A stretch of 64,000 bases of DNA, from the NCBI GenBank assembly GCA_951406725.2, contig OX597826.1, forward strand, positions 41,664,001-41,728,000. The letters run 5' to 3'. Numbering within the stretch: the first letter of the stretch is position 1; every line of letters begins with the position of its first letter. Of the stretch, positions 28,305 to 41,715 are shown one piece after another. Origin of the DNA: Octopus vulgaris. Taxonomy: Eukaryota. The position numbers and the translations under genes were made by a program. The notes beneath the pieces are model-generated. The model was not told the DNA's origin. It searched no databases and was given only the letters and a program-made list of their open reading frames with translations.

Positions 28305-28537
28305 AAAGCGGCGAGCAGGCAGAAACGTTAGCGCGCCGGCCGAAATGCTCAGCGGTATTTCGTCTGTCGCTACGTTCTGAGTTCAAATTCCGCCGAAGTC
28401 GACTTTGCCTTTCATCCTTTCGGGGACGATAAATTAAGTACCAGTGAAACACTGGGGTCGATGTAATCGACTTAATCCCTTTGTCTGTCCTTGTTTGTCC
28501 TCTCCATGTTTAGCCCCTTGTGGGTAGTAAAGAAATA
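28305..28537 (+). mobile_element. SINE family A with TSD
   Basis: Full unit flanked by TATATGATATATTGGT (~28287-28302 and ~28538-28553). Confidence 0.88.
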
Positions 28538-28554
28538 TATATGATATATTGGTG

Positions 28555-29020
28555 TCAAATGTTGGCACGCACAAGGCCAGCAATTTCGTGGCAGGGGGTA
28601 AGTCGATTACATCGACTCTAGAATTCAACTGGAACTTATTTTATCGACCCCCGAAGGGATTAAAAGCAAATCCCACTCTAGGCGGAATTTGTACTTAGAA
28701 CATAAATTCGGAAAAAAATGCCACTACGCATTTTGTCCGCGCAGTCACGATTCTGTCGCCTTGCCGCCTTTGCATGCTATAAGATACATCTAATACTATA
28801 ATATATATATTATAATACATTGGTTTCAAATTTGGGCACAAGGCCAGCAATTTTGAGGGGGGGGGGTTAAATCAATTGTTCAACAGGTACTTATTTTATC
28901 GACTGCGAAAGGATGAAAGGCAAAGTGGACCCCGGAAGCGTTTGCCTGCAGAGCGTTAAGTCGGAAGAAATGCCGCTTAGCATTTTGTTCGGCGCTGTCA
29001 CGTTTCTGTCCGCTCGCCGC
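28555..29020 (-). mobile_element. Two diverged SINE family A copies
   Basis: CACAAGGCCAGCAATTT...ACTTATTTTATCGAC motifs occur twice. Confidence 0.7.
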
Positions 29021-29423
29021 TGTTGTATGTTATAAGGTATATTATATTATAATATAATATATTATAAATTAATAGTTATCGCCATACTAATATGGCAATC
29101 TTATAAATATAAGACTAAAGCTGTCGATGATTAGCTCCAAGAGGCCACCGCCTCAAGCTAGCTATTTGACACACAATCTGCGTCCATTATAGACTTTCGA
29201 ACAGGGGAGGTCAGCCGCTTCATCCTGCTAGTCATATTAGTATGGCGATAACTATTAATTTCCAGTAACGCTGCCGTAATCTCTTTTAGAGAGACTTAGT
29301 AATTTTAATATTTCTATAATATATTATAATATGTAATATAATATATTATATTACTATTGTGACCTTTGAAAATTCCACGTTGTAAGTAAGCATATTTAAA
29401 AACATTATGTTAATATATTAAAC

Positions 29424-29677
29424 CGAGGAGGCGCGTGGCTTAGTGGTTAGGGTGTCAGCATCATGGATCGTAAGATTGTGGTTTCGATTCCTGAACCGGG
29501 CGACGCGTTGTATTCTTGAGCAAAGCACTTCATTTCACGTTGCTCCAATCCACACAGCTGGCAAAAAAGAGTAACGCTGCGATGGACTGGTGTCCCGTCC
29601 AGCTGGGGAGCGCCATAGAAACCGGGAAACCGGGCCCATGAACCTGGCTAGGCTTTAAAAGGGCGCATTTATATTTA
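29424..29677 (+). mobile_element. SINE family D with TSD
   Basis: TSD TTAATATATTAAAC at 29410-29423 and 29678-29691. Confidence 0.88.
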
Positions 29678-29904
29678 TTAATATATTAAACACAAGCAAA
29701 GAACTTCAAAAAGTTTCTTTTGAAATCCTGCCACTTAAGTAAACCTGTACATTAAGATAAAACATTTCATTTCAATTCAGTTCAGCTTATCTCAGCTGTC
29801 CTTCTATTTGTATATCTATTAATATATCACTCTATCTGCATATTTATTGATATAATTGTAGTCTCGCCTATCTATCTATCTATCTATCTAAATGTGGTAA
29901 CATA

Positions 29905-30297
29905 TAACAATATTGACCAAGGTTACCGTGGTCTTCTTCGTAGGCTTTTCTTCCCACGGATAAACCTTACTTGCTTTCCCCTTTACACCATATATCATAA
30001 CACTGTGATACACGATTCCTATCGATCGTTCTTTTTTTCCTCTTCCCCTTTTTTTCCCCTTTTTTCTTCCTTTTTCATTTCTCTTTTCACTTGTTCCTTT
30101 TCCTTTTCCTTTTTTTTTCTTTCTTTATTCTTTTATTTATTTATTTTTTTTTGTTCTTTTCTTCCCTTTTACGATCCCTCTTGATCGAAAACCTACGCCA
30201 CCCCCTTTTTTTTTTGTTTTCTTCATCCCCCAAAAGAAAAGCTCTACCTTGTAACTTGTCCCATCTGTGTGCAGCCCTGTGTGGCCAATAAAGAAAC

Positions 30298-30298
<1 letters not shown>
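29905..30298 (+). mobile_element. Retroelement 3' UTR (T-rich) ending in AATAAAGAAA, embedded in (TATC)n
   Basis: 3' end CTTGTCCCATCTGTGTGCAGCCCTGTGTGGCCAATAAAGAAA resembles the SINE family A tail; (TATC)n lies on both sides. Confidence 0.55.
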
Positions 30299-30383
<85 letters not shown>

Positions 30384-30432
30384 GTCTATCTATCTGTCTA
30401 TCTGTCTGTCTATCTGTCTGTCTGTCTGTCTA

Positions 30433-30471
<39 letters not shown>

Positions 30472-30830
30472 TATTAATACATCTGCTTTCCTTTCAGCTA
30501 ATGTATGAATCTTTCTACTCTCATAATACCAATAAACATTTAAAACTAATAAAAAAACTTAAACAAAACAAACAAAAAAATGAATAATGGTGGTGAATGA
30601 CCTCAGTATTTCGCCTGGAACACATAAAAGATAAAAGGGTAACATCCACAGATGTTTGCTACGGTTATTTCACTTTAATTTAAGAATCAATCTATCAATA
30701 CATAAATGTATAGGCCTTCATGAAACTGTTAAATATTTTAATTGTGCTTGTGATTTGAACACACTTCTGATCTCTCTCTCTCTCTCTCTCTCTCTTTCTC
30801 ATTCTAGTGTTTTCTTTTTCTGTTTTTTTT

Positions 30831-31226
<396 letters not shown>

Positions 31227-31671
31227 GAGGTATTATCTCCTTTGGCGTAACACGCGAACCACGGGAATACGCTGATTAAAGTTGGTTTCAAATTTTGGCA
31301 CTATTTCGGGCTGGATTAAATCGACCCTAGTGCTCAACTGGTACTTATTTTATCGATTCTGAAGAATGAAAGGCAAAGTCAACCTCGGTGGACTTCAAAA
31401 CATTTTGCCGTCTCACAGCCGTTATGAAGCAAAATAATATTACAGATTATAGGCCCGTCCTCTCTCCTTCAGAATCAAACTCTAAGAATTTGGCGTTTCA
31501 CACGGATATTCGTAACATATATATATATATTAAGCAGAAGCAACAGAAGGACTCAAGATCCGAGAGTTTTGGGCATTGACACTTGAGTTCTATTTTTCCG
31601 GCTTGCATCACTTACACACACACACACTCACATACACACACGCGCGCGCGCGCGCACACACACACACACAG

Positions 31672-31714
<43 letters not shown>

Positions 31715-31818
31715 GATATGTTGGTGCAAATAGGAAAAATAGAACCCCAAAAGTGAGTACAGGTATATTTTTATTCATATTTAACAGAAATAACAGAGTG
31801 ACTCAAGGTCCGAGAGTT

Positions 31819-31888
<70 letters not shown>

Positions 31889-32512
31889 GTATTGGTATCC
31901 AGAAGACCCAAGATGGCAGATCAGGCTATATAAGTGCTACGGGAAGGCTGCAGTTAGACTCTCGGTTCGATAATAATACGAGTGAGGAGTCTAATGCAGG
32001 TCTTGAGTGAGCATGTGTGTGTATATATATATATATATATCGTTTCTTTGTCAATATGTCGCACGGATATTCGTGGAAATGCGTGGTGTAGGGTTTAGGG
32101 TGTTCAGCTCATGATTCATGATTATATGAGGTCGCTGTATCAATTTCTGTATTGGTGGCTTCGCTGTATTTTGAGCAAAGCAATTCAATTCACCTTAGCT
32201 CATCTACTCAACTGAAAAGGAATATCGACTGAGTGCTAGTGCAGCTCTTTCTCTCCAGCTATCACATTCAGGATGTCCCACTGGGACTATGGTAGGAGTA
32301 AAGAGAGGCTGTTTCTCTATCTCTGCTCATGATTTTATAGGTACCTGAAACAATTGCTGAAAGCATGGTACATATTTCCATGCCATGCTTTCCTGGGAGT
32401 GTCAGCTGGGTATATATAGAAATATTTATTCTGGTATAAATAGCAGAGAGAGAATGTGCATATATTTTCAGGAAACTCGCTATAAATCATTGCAATATTT
32501 AATGTTATTGCA

Positions 32513-32820
32513 AGGTGGTAGGTTGGCGGAGTTGCTAGAGCGTCAAATAGAACACATTGCGATATTATTCCAGTTCTCTGCACTCTAAGTTTAAATCACA
32601 CTAGGGTAAACTTCATCTTTGATCCTTTTGAGGCGACGGCTGTCAGAATCGTTAGCACCCCAGGCGAGATGCTGCGTTTCGTCCATTTTTACGTTCTGAT
32701 TTCAAATTCCGCCGAGGTGCACTTTGTTTTCACCCTTTCGGGGTCGAAAAAATAAGTAATAGTTGTCCACTGGTGTCGATTAAACCGAAATTGCTGGCCC
32801 TGTACCAAAACTTGAAAGCA
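32513..32820 (+). mobile_element. SINE family A, two diverged partial copies
   Basis: Head and Meta-like core remnants. Confidence 0.6.
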
Positions 32821-33112
32821 ATATTTTACGTTCTTTTTGTACAACTCATTTACACTGTGTTGTACACACACGCACACACAAATATGAATATAAGTATCAA
32901 TGCGTATATACCCGCATGTAGACACACACACACCCACACCCACACACCACACACACACACACACATACGCACATACATTGAGATATGCGTATGTCCACAT
33001 GCATATATACACACACTGATACCTATATTCACATATATATTATTTCTTTATTACCCACTAGGGGCGAGATTCACATATATATACACACAAAATCATGTAT
33101 CATATACATATG

Positions 33113-33171
<59 letters not shown>

Positions 33172-33192
33172 CCGTCTTTCTCCTTCTCTTTC

Positions 33193-33286
<94 letters not shown>

Positions 33287-33686
33287 TGAACAAATGAAAG
33301 AAAAAGGAAGTTACCACAGTAGGAAACAGTTTTATATAATGTGTGTGTGTGTGTGTGTGTGTGTGTACATGTACGTGTATATGCATGAGTGTGTGTCTGT
33401 GTGTACACGTGTATATGTACGTGTGAGTCTATGTGTTTACATATGTTTCAGTGAATGTGTGTGTGGGTATGAAGACATCACACAAGATGTAGGCATTATT
33501 TATTCCAGCGCGACTCTGTATATATATGTACGTGTGTGCGTGTGAATGCATTTGCACCATATCAGCTTCAGCTACGTTGCTGCTATCTGTTCCAACTTCC
33601 ACTGCATCGCTACTCTTTTCGCCTCTATCTTCCTCTCCCCCTCTCTCCCTCTCTCTCTCTCTCTCTTTCTCTCTTTCCCTTGCTGC

Positions 33687-33729
33687 AGCCAATCAACAGT
33701 GACATAGGTGGCTGCCTGTTAACCAATCA
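33687..33729. promoter_or_regulatory. Paired CCAAT boxes (candidate NF-Y promoter)
   Basis: AGCCAATCA (CCAAT at 33689-93) and AACCAATCA (33723-27), 34 bp apart, in unique GC-richer sequence next to a CT tract. Confidence 0.35.
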
Positions 33730-33841
33730 TACAACTGCATCGCATTATGAGGCGTTCGATTTCTGTGAATGCGCTGCTGCCAGACATTCACAGCAGAGTC
33801 CGACACACACATCACTGCAAAAACAACAGCTGCTTCTGCTG

Positions 33842-33970
<129 letters not shown>

Positions 33971-34167
33971 ATTAGCTGAAATAGTATGGGAGACTGCTGG
34001 TCACTAGACCTGTAAGAAATAATAGTCTCAAATCCTCAAATCACATTTTAACATCTTTAAAAGGGGAGGACGCATTTGATAATGTAGTCCTAAATACACT
34101 AAAACCGAGAAAAGTATGATCGCACCTTGAACTTGATAACAACAGCAACAACAGTAAAAATAATAAT

Positions 34168-34570
34168 GATTTCAAATTTTGATCCAAGATCAGCAAGTTC
34201 GTGGGAGGGGTTAAGTCGATTACACCGACCCCAGTACACAACTGGTATTTATTTTATCGATCCCGGAAGGATGAAAGGCAAATTGAGCCACGAGGATTTT
34301 GATCTTGGAATGTAAAGCCAGAAAAAATGCCGCTATGCATTTTGTTGCGTGCAATAACTATTCTTTTCTACACCAGGCACAAGGCCGGAAATTTTGGGAG
34401 AGGGGTTCAGTCGATTAGATCGACCCGAGTACGCAACTGGCACTTAAATTAAGTAAAGAATGAAAGGCAAAGTCGACCTCGGCGGAATTTGAACTCAGAA
34501 CGTACAGACAGACGAAATATCGCAAAGTATTTCGCCCGGCGTGCTAACGTTTCTGCCAGCTCGCCGCCTT
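34168..34570 (-). mobile_element. Two SINE family A copies
   Basis: GAAAGGCAAAGTCGACCTCGGCGGAATTTGAACTC...CTGCCAGCTCGCCGCC. Confidence 0.8.
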
Positions 34571-34885
34571 ACTAACTGATTTCATACCACAACGGCTCAT
34601 TCATTCCCACCCCTGTCGTCTCTTTTCTCCGCATCACCTGTCTTATGTCCACACCCTCTGGAGTCACATCGACCACTATGGTCAATCCTTCGTTCCGAGA
34701 AAGTCGATTCTCTACAATTTAGTGATTATCGGACACTAATAATCCATCGATTACTGACGAGACCACAATATTGATCTACTCAACGCTGTCTTACTATTGT
34801 TATTCAGGTCCGTTTCCCGGCACTTTGAGGCCAATAGTACGAGCTGGAATCTGAATCCAGAACACAAAGAGCCATTATAGATACC

Positions 34886-35116
34886 TATTTCTTTATTACC
34901 CACAAGGGGCTAAACACAGAGGGGACAAACAAGGACAGACATAGGTATTAAGTTGATTACATCGACCCCAGTGCGTGACTGGTACTTAATTTATCGACCC
35001 CGAAAGGATGAAAGGCAAAGTCGACCTCGGCGGAATTTGAACTCACAGCGTAACGCAGACGAAATACCGCTAAGCATTTCGCCCGGCATGCTAACGTTTC
35101 TGCCAGCTCACAGCTC
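34886..35116 (-). mobile_element. SINE family A with 18 bp TSD
   Basis: AGAGCCATTATAGATACC at 34868-34885 and 35117-35134. Confidence 0.9.
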
Positions 35117-35324
35117 AGAGCCATTATAGATACCACAAGGCATTTCGTCCCATGCTCCAATCTTTCCCCGGTCATAATTGAGGATACATTCTGTCGTTTT
35201 GTAAGGCCGGACAGCAAGTCATGATGTTGCTATTCATTTGTCTGGGTTGACCACGTGGTATGGAATTGATGGTAGCTTACTTTGTCATTGACAGATATTT
35301 TAATAGTATTTCTGGACCTCAGCA

Positions 35325-35537
35325 TTAACTCTGTGCCGCTAAAATGAGTTATTGATTCAGTTCTACAAATGTAAGTATTGATTATGTGCCGCCAAAATGA
35401 GCCAGTGACTCTCTGCTGCTAAAATAGGACGTTGACACTGTGCCACTAAAATGAAACATTGGTTCAGTGCTGCTAAAATAAGAAATTGATTTTGTGCAGC
35501 TAAAACGAGGTTTCGAGTTTGTGTGGCCAGAATGTGA
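35325..35537. repeat. Degenerate 27 bp minisatellite (~7 units)
   Basis: TGTGCCGCYAAAATGAG-like core recurs every 27 bp. Confidence 0.8.
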
Positions 35538-35540
35538 CAA

Positions 35541-35790
35541 GGCGGCGAGCTGGCAGAAACGTTAGCACACCGGGAGAAATTCTTAGCGGTATTTCGTCTG
35601 CGGCTACTTTCTGAGTTCAAATTCCGTCGAGGTCGACTTTGCCTTTCATCCTTTCGGGGTCGATTAAATAAGCACCAGATACGCATTGGGGTCGATATAA
35701 TCGACTTAATCCGTTTGTCTATCCTTGTTTGTCCCCCCTGTGTTTAGCCCCTTGTGGATAGTAAGGATATAGGTATTTCGTCTATCTTCA
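35541..35790 (+). mobile_element. SINE family A
   Basis: Full head-core-tail unit. Confidence 0.88.
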
Positions 35791-35996
35791 CTTTCTAGAA
35801 GAGTATTTTACGTTTCGAGGCTCGAAACGTAAAATACTTTTTCTATTCCTGAGCGTTATACTAATACATCTGTTTGTTTTGTACACCACCTGTCTTCGTC
35901 TTTTGTTTTTTTCGTGAACTCACCTATATACACACATATATACATATATATATATATATATACGCATGCATACACATATATACAAAACACATACAT

Positions 35997-36061
<65 letters not shown>

Positions 36062-36062
<1 letters not shown>

Positions 36063-36270
36063 TTTATTTAAAGCAGCAGAAAATTCAACAAAATCTGTTA
36101 CTCTGAGTTTCTCGTTGCCGTTCATCAAACCGTCTGATGAACGGCAACGAGAAACTCAGAGTAACAGATTTTGTTGAATTTTCTGCTGCTTTAAATAAAG
36201 CATATTACTCTACCACTGGTATTTGAGTACACTTTTTTCCACCTTGTTTCACATTTATGTGTTTACTCCG
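36062..36270. mobile_element. Fold-back Penelope pLTR-like element, family H1
   Basis: Near-perfect ~68 bp inverted arms over 36062-36200 plus a tail; relatives at 38826-39057 and 54821-54912. Confidence 0.7.
36130..36167 (+). ncRNA. Minimal hammerhead motif within a fold-back element
   Basis: CTGATGA-ACG GCAA CGA-GAAA-CTC A GAG-TA-ACAG. Confidence 0.6.
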
Positions 36271-36299
36271 GTATATTATTAATTAATTATTATTATTAA

Positions 36300-36401
<102 letters not shown>

Positions 36402-36718
36402 GCATGCATACACACACACACACACACACAAACACACACGTATGCTCACCACCAAAAGTATGTCCGCTGGATATTTATCTTCGTGTCCAAGTAGTGACCG
36501 AGATCACAATATTGCCTCTGAATGGGGCGTCGTTCCGATGCAGGGTTACTAATTTTCACCTGGGCAAATTGGTGCAAACTGAAAATGCTTTGATCAAGAA
36601 CTAAACGCACCGCTCAGCCCGATAATCGTAGCCTGCCGTATTGTAATCGTCAGTGCTGCACCTTAACCATTAAACCACGCACCTTCACGCATACTCACGC
36701 GCGCACGCGCACACACAC

Positions 36719-36756
<38 letters not shown>

Positions 36757-36881
36757 ATACACAGATACATACACATGCGTGCACGAAGACAGAGGCACAT
36801 GTACCTAGGCATATATAAATATTTGTGTGTGTGTGTGTGTGTATAAAGGTATACACACGCACCCATACACACACAAACTCA

Positions 36882-36929
<48 letters not shown>

Positions 36930-36956
36930 CGTATCCGTTGAATGCAAATAATGCAC

Positions 36957-37192
36957 GGCGAGCGAGCTGGCAGAAACATTAGCATGCCGGGCGAAATGCG
37001 TAGCCGTATTTCGTCTGTCGTTGCGTTCTGAGTTCAAATTCCGCCGAGGTCGACTTTGCCTTTCATCCTATCGGGGTCGATAAATTAAGTACCAGTTACG
37101 CACTGGGGTCGATATAATCGACTTAATACCTATGTCTGTCTTTCTTTGTCCCTTCTGTGTTTAGCCCCTTGTGGGTAATAAAGAAATAAGTA
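36957..37192 (+). mobile_element. SINE family A
   Basis: Full head-core-tail unit. Confidence 0.88.
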
Positions 37193-37727
37193 TTAAATGA
37201 TTATCTGTATCACTTACTTAAGGGATATATGTCGTTGACAGGCGGGATACTGCGCTTTCCGTCCTAGACAAAATGTTTTTCGTAAACGTGCAGTGTGAAA
37301 AATAGCGTAATATATATCGGAGGGAGAGGAAAAATTGTTCCGGAAGCGGCTAAATGAATAGCCATGAAAGAGTTAAAGTTATATTCACATTTAACCAATT
37401 TCCATAAAGTCCCATTTCAGCTGCAAACATATCCACCCACACACACACAAGCAAACATACACAGAAGCTTAAACATAAATATAATTGTATACTGGGTGTG
37501 TTAATGTTTGCATGTATAGGTAACTAATCTAATATATCAATTTAACGGATATATATACGTATATACATATAATTGAATATAAACACTTCTTGCCCATGTA
37601 AAGTATTGAACGCTTTCAACACAAAGGTTATAAATTAATTAATATACAGACTGTGTTTCTATATGTATGTATTATATATGAATATATATGTATGCATGTA
37701 TGTAGGTATAACTGTATGTATTATATA

Positions 37728-37863
<136 letters not shown>

Positions 37864-38319
37864 CGTACATTCGCATATATGTGTATGTATGTATATATGT
37901 GTGTGTGTGTTTGTGTGTATATATGTGTGTATGTATGAATGTACACAGACGCCGACACTCACACATGCATATACACACATATAATAACATACATGATCTT
38001 CACAATGTACATCATAATTCAGTTAATAGGGGCATGTAATCATTTGGAGTGCTCCACAACTAATTAAGGATTATTGGGTGCTATATTCATTACATATGTA
38101 GAATGTATAAACAAAAAATTGAGCCTCGTATAATAATAATAATTATATACTCAGTGGAATTAGGTCAAAGCAATGCATCAGGCGATTCTATGTTCATTTA
38201 ATACACGTGTCTTGGAGGTTATTCAGACAAAATCTTTCAGATAGTGCTGTTCCATATTTGTATATACATTATAAATGTTATACACACTGGTTTATGTATA
38301 TATATATATATTCGTTTGT

Positions 38320-38561
38320 TCTTTTAATTGTTTCAGTCATTTGACTGAGGCCATGCTGGAGCACCGCCCTAAAAGGTTTTAGTCACAGAAGTCAACTCCA
38401 AGACGTATTCTTTGTAAGTTTAGTACTTATTCTATCGGTCTCGTATGCCAAACTGCTAGGCTACGGTGACATAAACACGCCAGCATGGGTAGTCAAGCGA
38501 TAGTCGGGGGGAAAAACACAGATACACACATAAATATATACTTATACATATATATATATAT

Positions 38562-38640
<79 letters not shown>

Positions 38641-38760
38641 TATACGACGAGCTTCTTTCAGTTTCCATCTACCAAATCCTCTCACAAGGCTTTGGTGGAA
38701 GAAACCTACCCAATGTGCCATGCTGGGGAGTGAACCCAGAACCATGCGGTCGGGAAGACA
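38320..38760 (-). mobile_element. SINE family B
   Basis: Family B tail and head around (TA)n. Confidence 0.8.
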
Positions 38761-39054
38761 CATAAAATGGAATTTATATTATTATATAGTAATAATATAA
38801 AATTATTCACACACACACACATTATTAAAGCGGAAAAATTCTACAAAAACAGTTACTCAGAGTTTCACGCTACTGTTCGTCGGACAGTTGCGATCATATA
38901 AAAAACTAGAGTGACTGCAACTCTCCGTCGAACAGTAACGTGAAACTGTAACAAATTGTAAAGGTTTCTTCGGTTTTTAAGAAAAGCATATAACTCTATC
39001 CTCGGTATTCGAGTACTATCTGTTTTCCACCTTGTTTTCCATATATGTGCTTAC

Positions 39055-39091
<37 letters not shown>

Positions 39092-39135
39092 AGCAGACAT
39101 ATATATATATATCCATACATATACGTGTGTGTAGA

Positions 39136-39195
<60 letters not shown>

Positions 39196-40019
39196 TCTAC
39201 ACACACGTATACTAAATAATACACATGATGTGTATTATAATGAGTATTATTTAGTATAGTAATTTTTACTACAATGTTAATAATATATTTAAATTTATAT
39301 TTTATTATAGATAATATCTTCCATTATTGATTGAATTACTTTCTGGAGGTTCTGTCTCATAATTCTATATATATTTAATATATCGTGAAATTTGATTTAA
39401 TATTGCTAAATTGAGTTTGTTTTTCCCCTGTTGCGTTGGAATTTTATATTCCCTACTATTAATAATTATATACATATATACAAATATACATTATAAGGGC
39501 CTGGAAGGCTTGAAAGATGGCTTGAAAGATGGTGTACATCCTGTACAACTCTCAAAAAGGTAACTTTTTCCTGTACCAAGTTAATGTAATATTGGCAGTT
39601 TTAAACTTTAAAGTGGCACTTCGTCACACTTACTTTAAAGGCGAGCTCTCACGTTTTGCGTCTGTCAATGCATGGCAGAGGCACAATGTAAAAGCAGCAG
39701 GAACAAATGTAACTAGTCATTAAAGATGTGATAAACTCTTTCTTTGACTTCTTTTAAAGGGATTATGTGTGTATGTGTGTTTGTGTATGAATGTATACAC
39801 ATGCCGAAACTCACACATACATATACACACATAATAACTAGACACACACGATCTTACACGTTCATTATGCCATGTCGACAGTGCCTGATGATTGTGGGAT
39901 AAGGCGCACGTTATAAAACAATGAAAGCAATAGTAGACCTTGAAACAAATATTGTGTTTATTAAATAATATTTGTATGTGTTTGTGTGTGTTTGTGTGTG
40001 TTCTTGAGTGTGTATTATA

Positions 40020-40330
40020 CTTCGGCCAAGCTGGACGCTACCTTGAAGGGTTTTGTCGAAGAAATCGACCCCGTGGGCTTATTATCTAAGCCTGATACTT
40101 ATTTCATCGATACCTTATTGTAGAACAACTAAGTAACGGTCATATAAACAAATTAAAACCAGTTGTGAAGCGATGTTAAGGGACAGTTGCAGAGACATAC
40201 AAAAACAGACACATACGTGCATGCAGCAAGTTTCTTTCAGTTTCCGTCTACCAAATCCATTCACGAGGCTTCGGTCGGCCCAGGGTAGAAGGCACCAAAA
40301 GTACCATGCAATGGAACTGAACCCTGAATC
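40020..40330 (-). mobile_element. SINE family B, diverged
   Basis: TTCTTTCAGTTTCCGTCTACCAAATCCA motif. Confidence 0.7.
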
Positions 40331-41106
40331 ACAAATGTATTTATTCACACACACAGACACACACACACGCATCTTTGTTTGTGTGTGTGTGTATGTGTGT
40401 GTGTTAGAGAGAGAGAGAGCGGTTGTGTGTGCATGTGTGTGTATGTGTGTGCATGTGTGTACGTGTGTGTGTGGGTGTGTTTGTGTTTGTGTGTGTGTGT
40501 GTGTGTTTGTGTTTGTGTGTGTGTGTGCACGCATAACATATACAAAATATTATAAGAAACCTTTGAATGTCAGTCATAATAGATTTGCTGCAATGAAAGA
40601 GAAATAAACTATTTTTCTCCGCCTCCGTCATCTTTATTTCTTTATCTCGTCCTTCTCCTCTACCTCCTAATTAATTTTCAAAATGTCTTTCAGATCAATG
40701 TCAATTTTGGTCGACATCCAACCAACAGCGTTTTCTGTTACCTTCTCTTTTTACTTTATTTATCCATAAACCGTAAACTAAGTAGTTGGCTGTTGTTTTA
40801 TTGCAGGATGGATGAAAGCAAGAAAAAAAAAAAGATGCTACATTACATTAACCCTGTGGTGGTAGTGGTAATGATGGCGGTGGGGTGGTGGGTAGTGGTG
40901 GTGGCTGGCAAAGAGATGTGGAAGAAGAAGAAGAAGAAGAGATGGTGAGTTGTTGTCTAATCAGCTCTAAATTATATTATTACACGTTGGGGAGCCATTA
41001 GGGTCTAATCAAGTAATTATCATATTACAACTCTCAAGAGAATTTCCGAAGTGTTTAATTACATTCAATAAAATACACGATGATACATTTCACTTGTGTC
41101 AGATAT

Positions 41107-41201
<95 letters not shown>

Positions 41202-41280
41202 TGAGTGTGTGTGTGTACATAGACGCACTCACTTATATGTATAATTGAATATAACGATAATACATATGTTGTTACAATCT

Positions 41281-41494
41281 TTTACTCTTTTACTTGTTTC
41301 AGTCATTTGACTGTGGCCATGCTGGAGCACCGCCTTTAGTCGAGCAAATCGACCCCAGGACTTATTCTTTGCAAGCCTAGTGCTTATTCTATCGGTGTCT
41401 TTTGCCGAATCGCTAAGTTACGGGGACGTAAACACACCAGCATTGGTTGTCAAGCGATGTTGGGGGGGACACACAAACATATACACACACATAC

Positions 41495-41552
<58 letters not shown>

Positions 41553-41715
41553 GACGGGCGTCTTTCAGTTTCCGTCTACCAAATCCACTCACAAGGCTTT
41601 GGTTGACCTGAGGCTATAGTCGAAGACACTTGTCCAAAGTGCCACGCAGTGGGACTGAAACCTGAACCATGTAGTTCGTAAGCAAGCTACTTACCACACA
41701 GCCACTCCTACGCCT
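41281..41715 (-). mobile_element. SINE family B, full length
   Basis: Matches the 11401 copy end to end. Confidence 0.9.

Noticed and set aside
35325-35537. CRISPR-like repeat/spacer appearance
   Set aside because: The units are degenerate, the period is only 27 bp, the context is eukaryotic and there are no cas genes.
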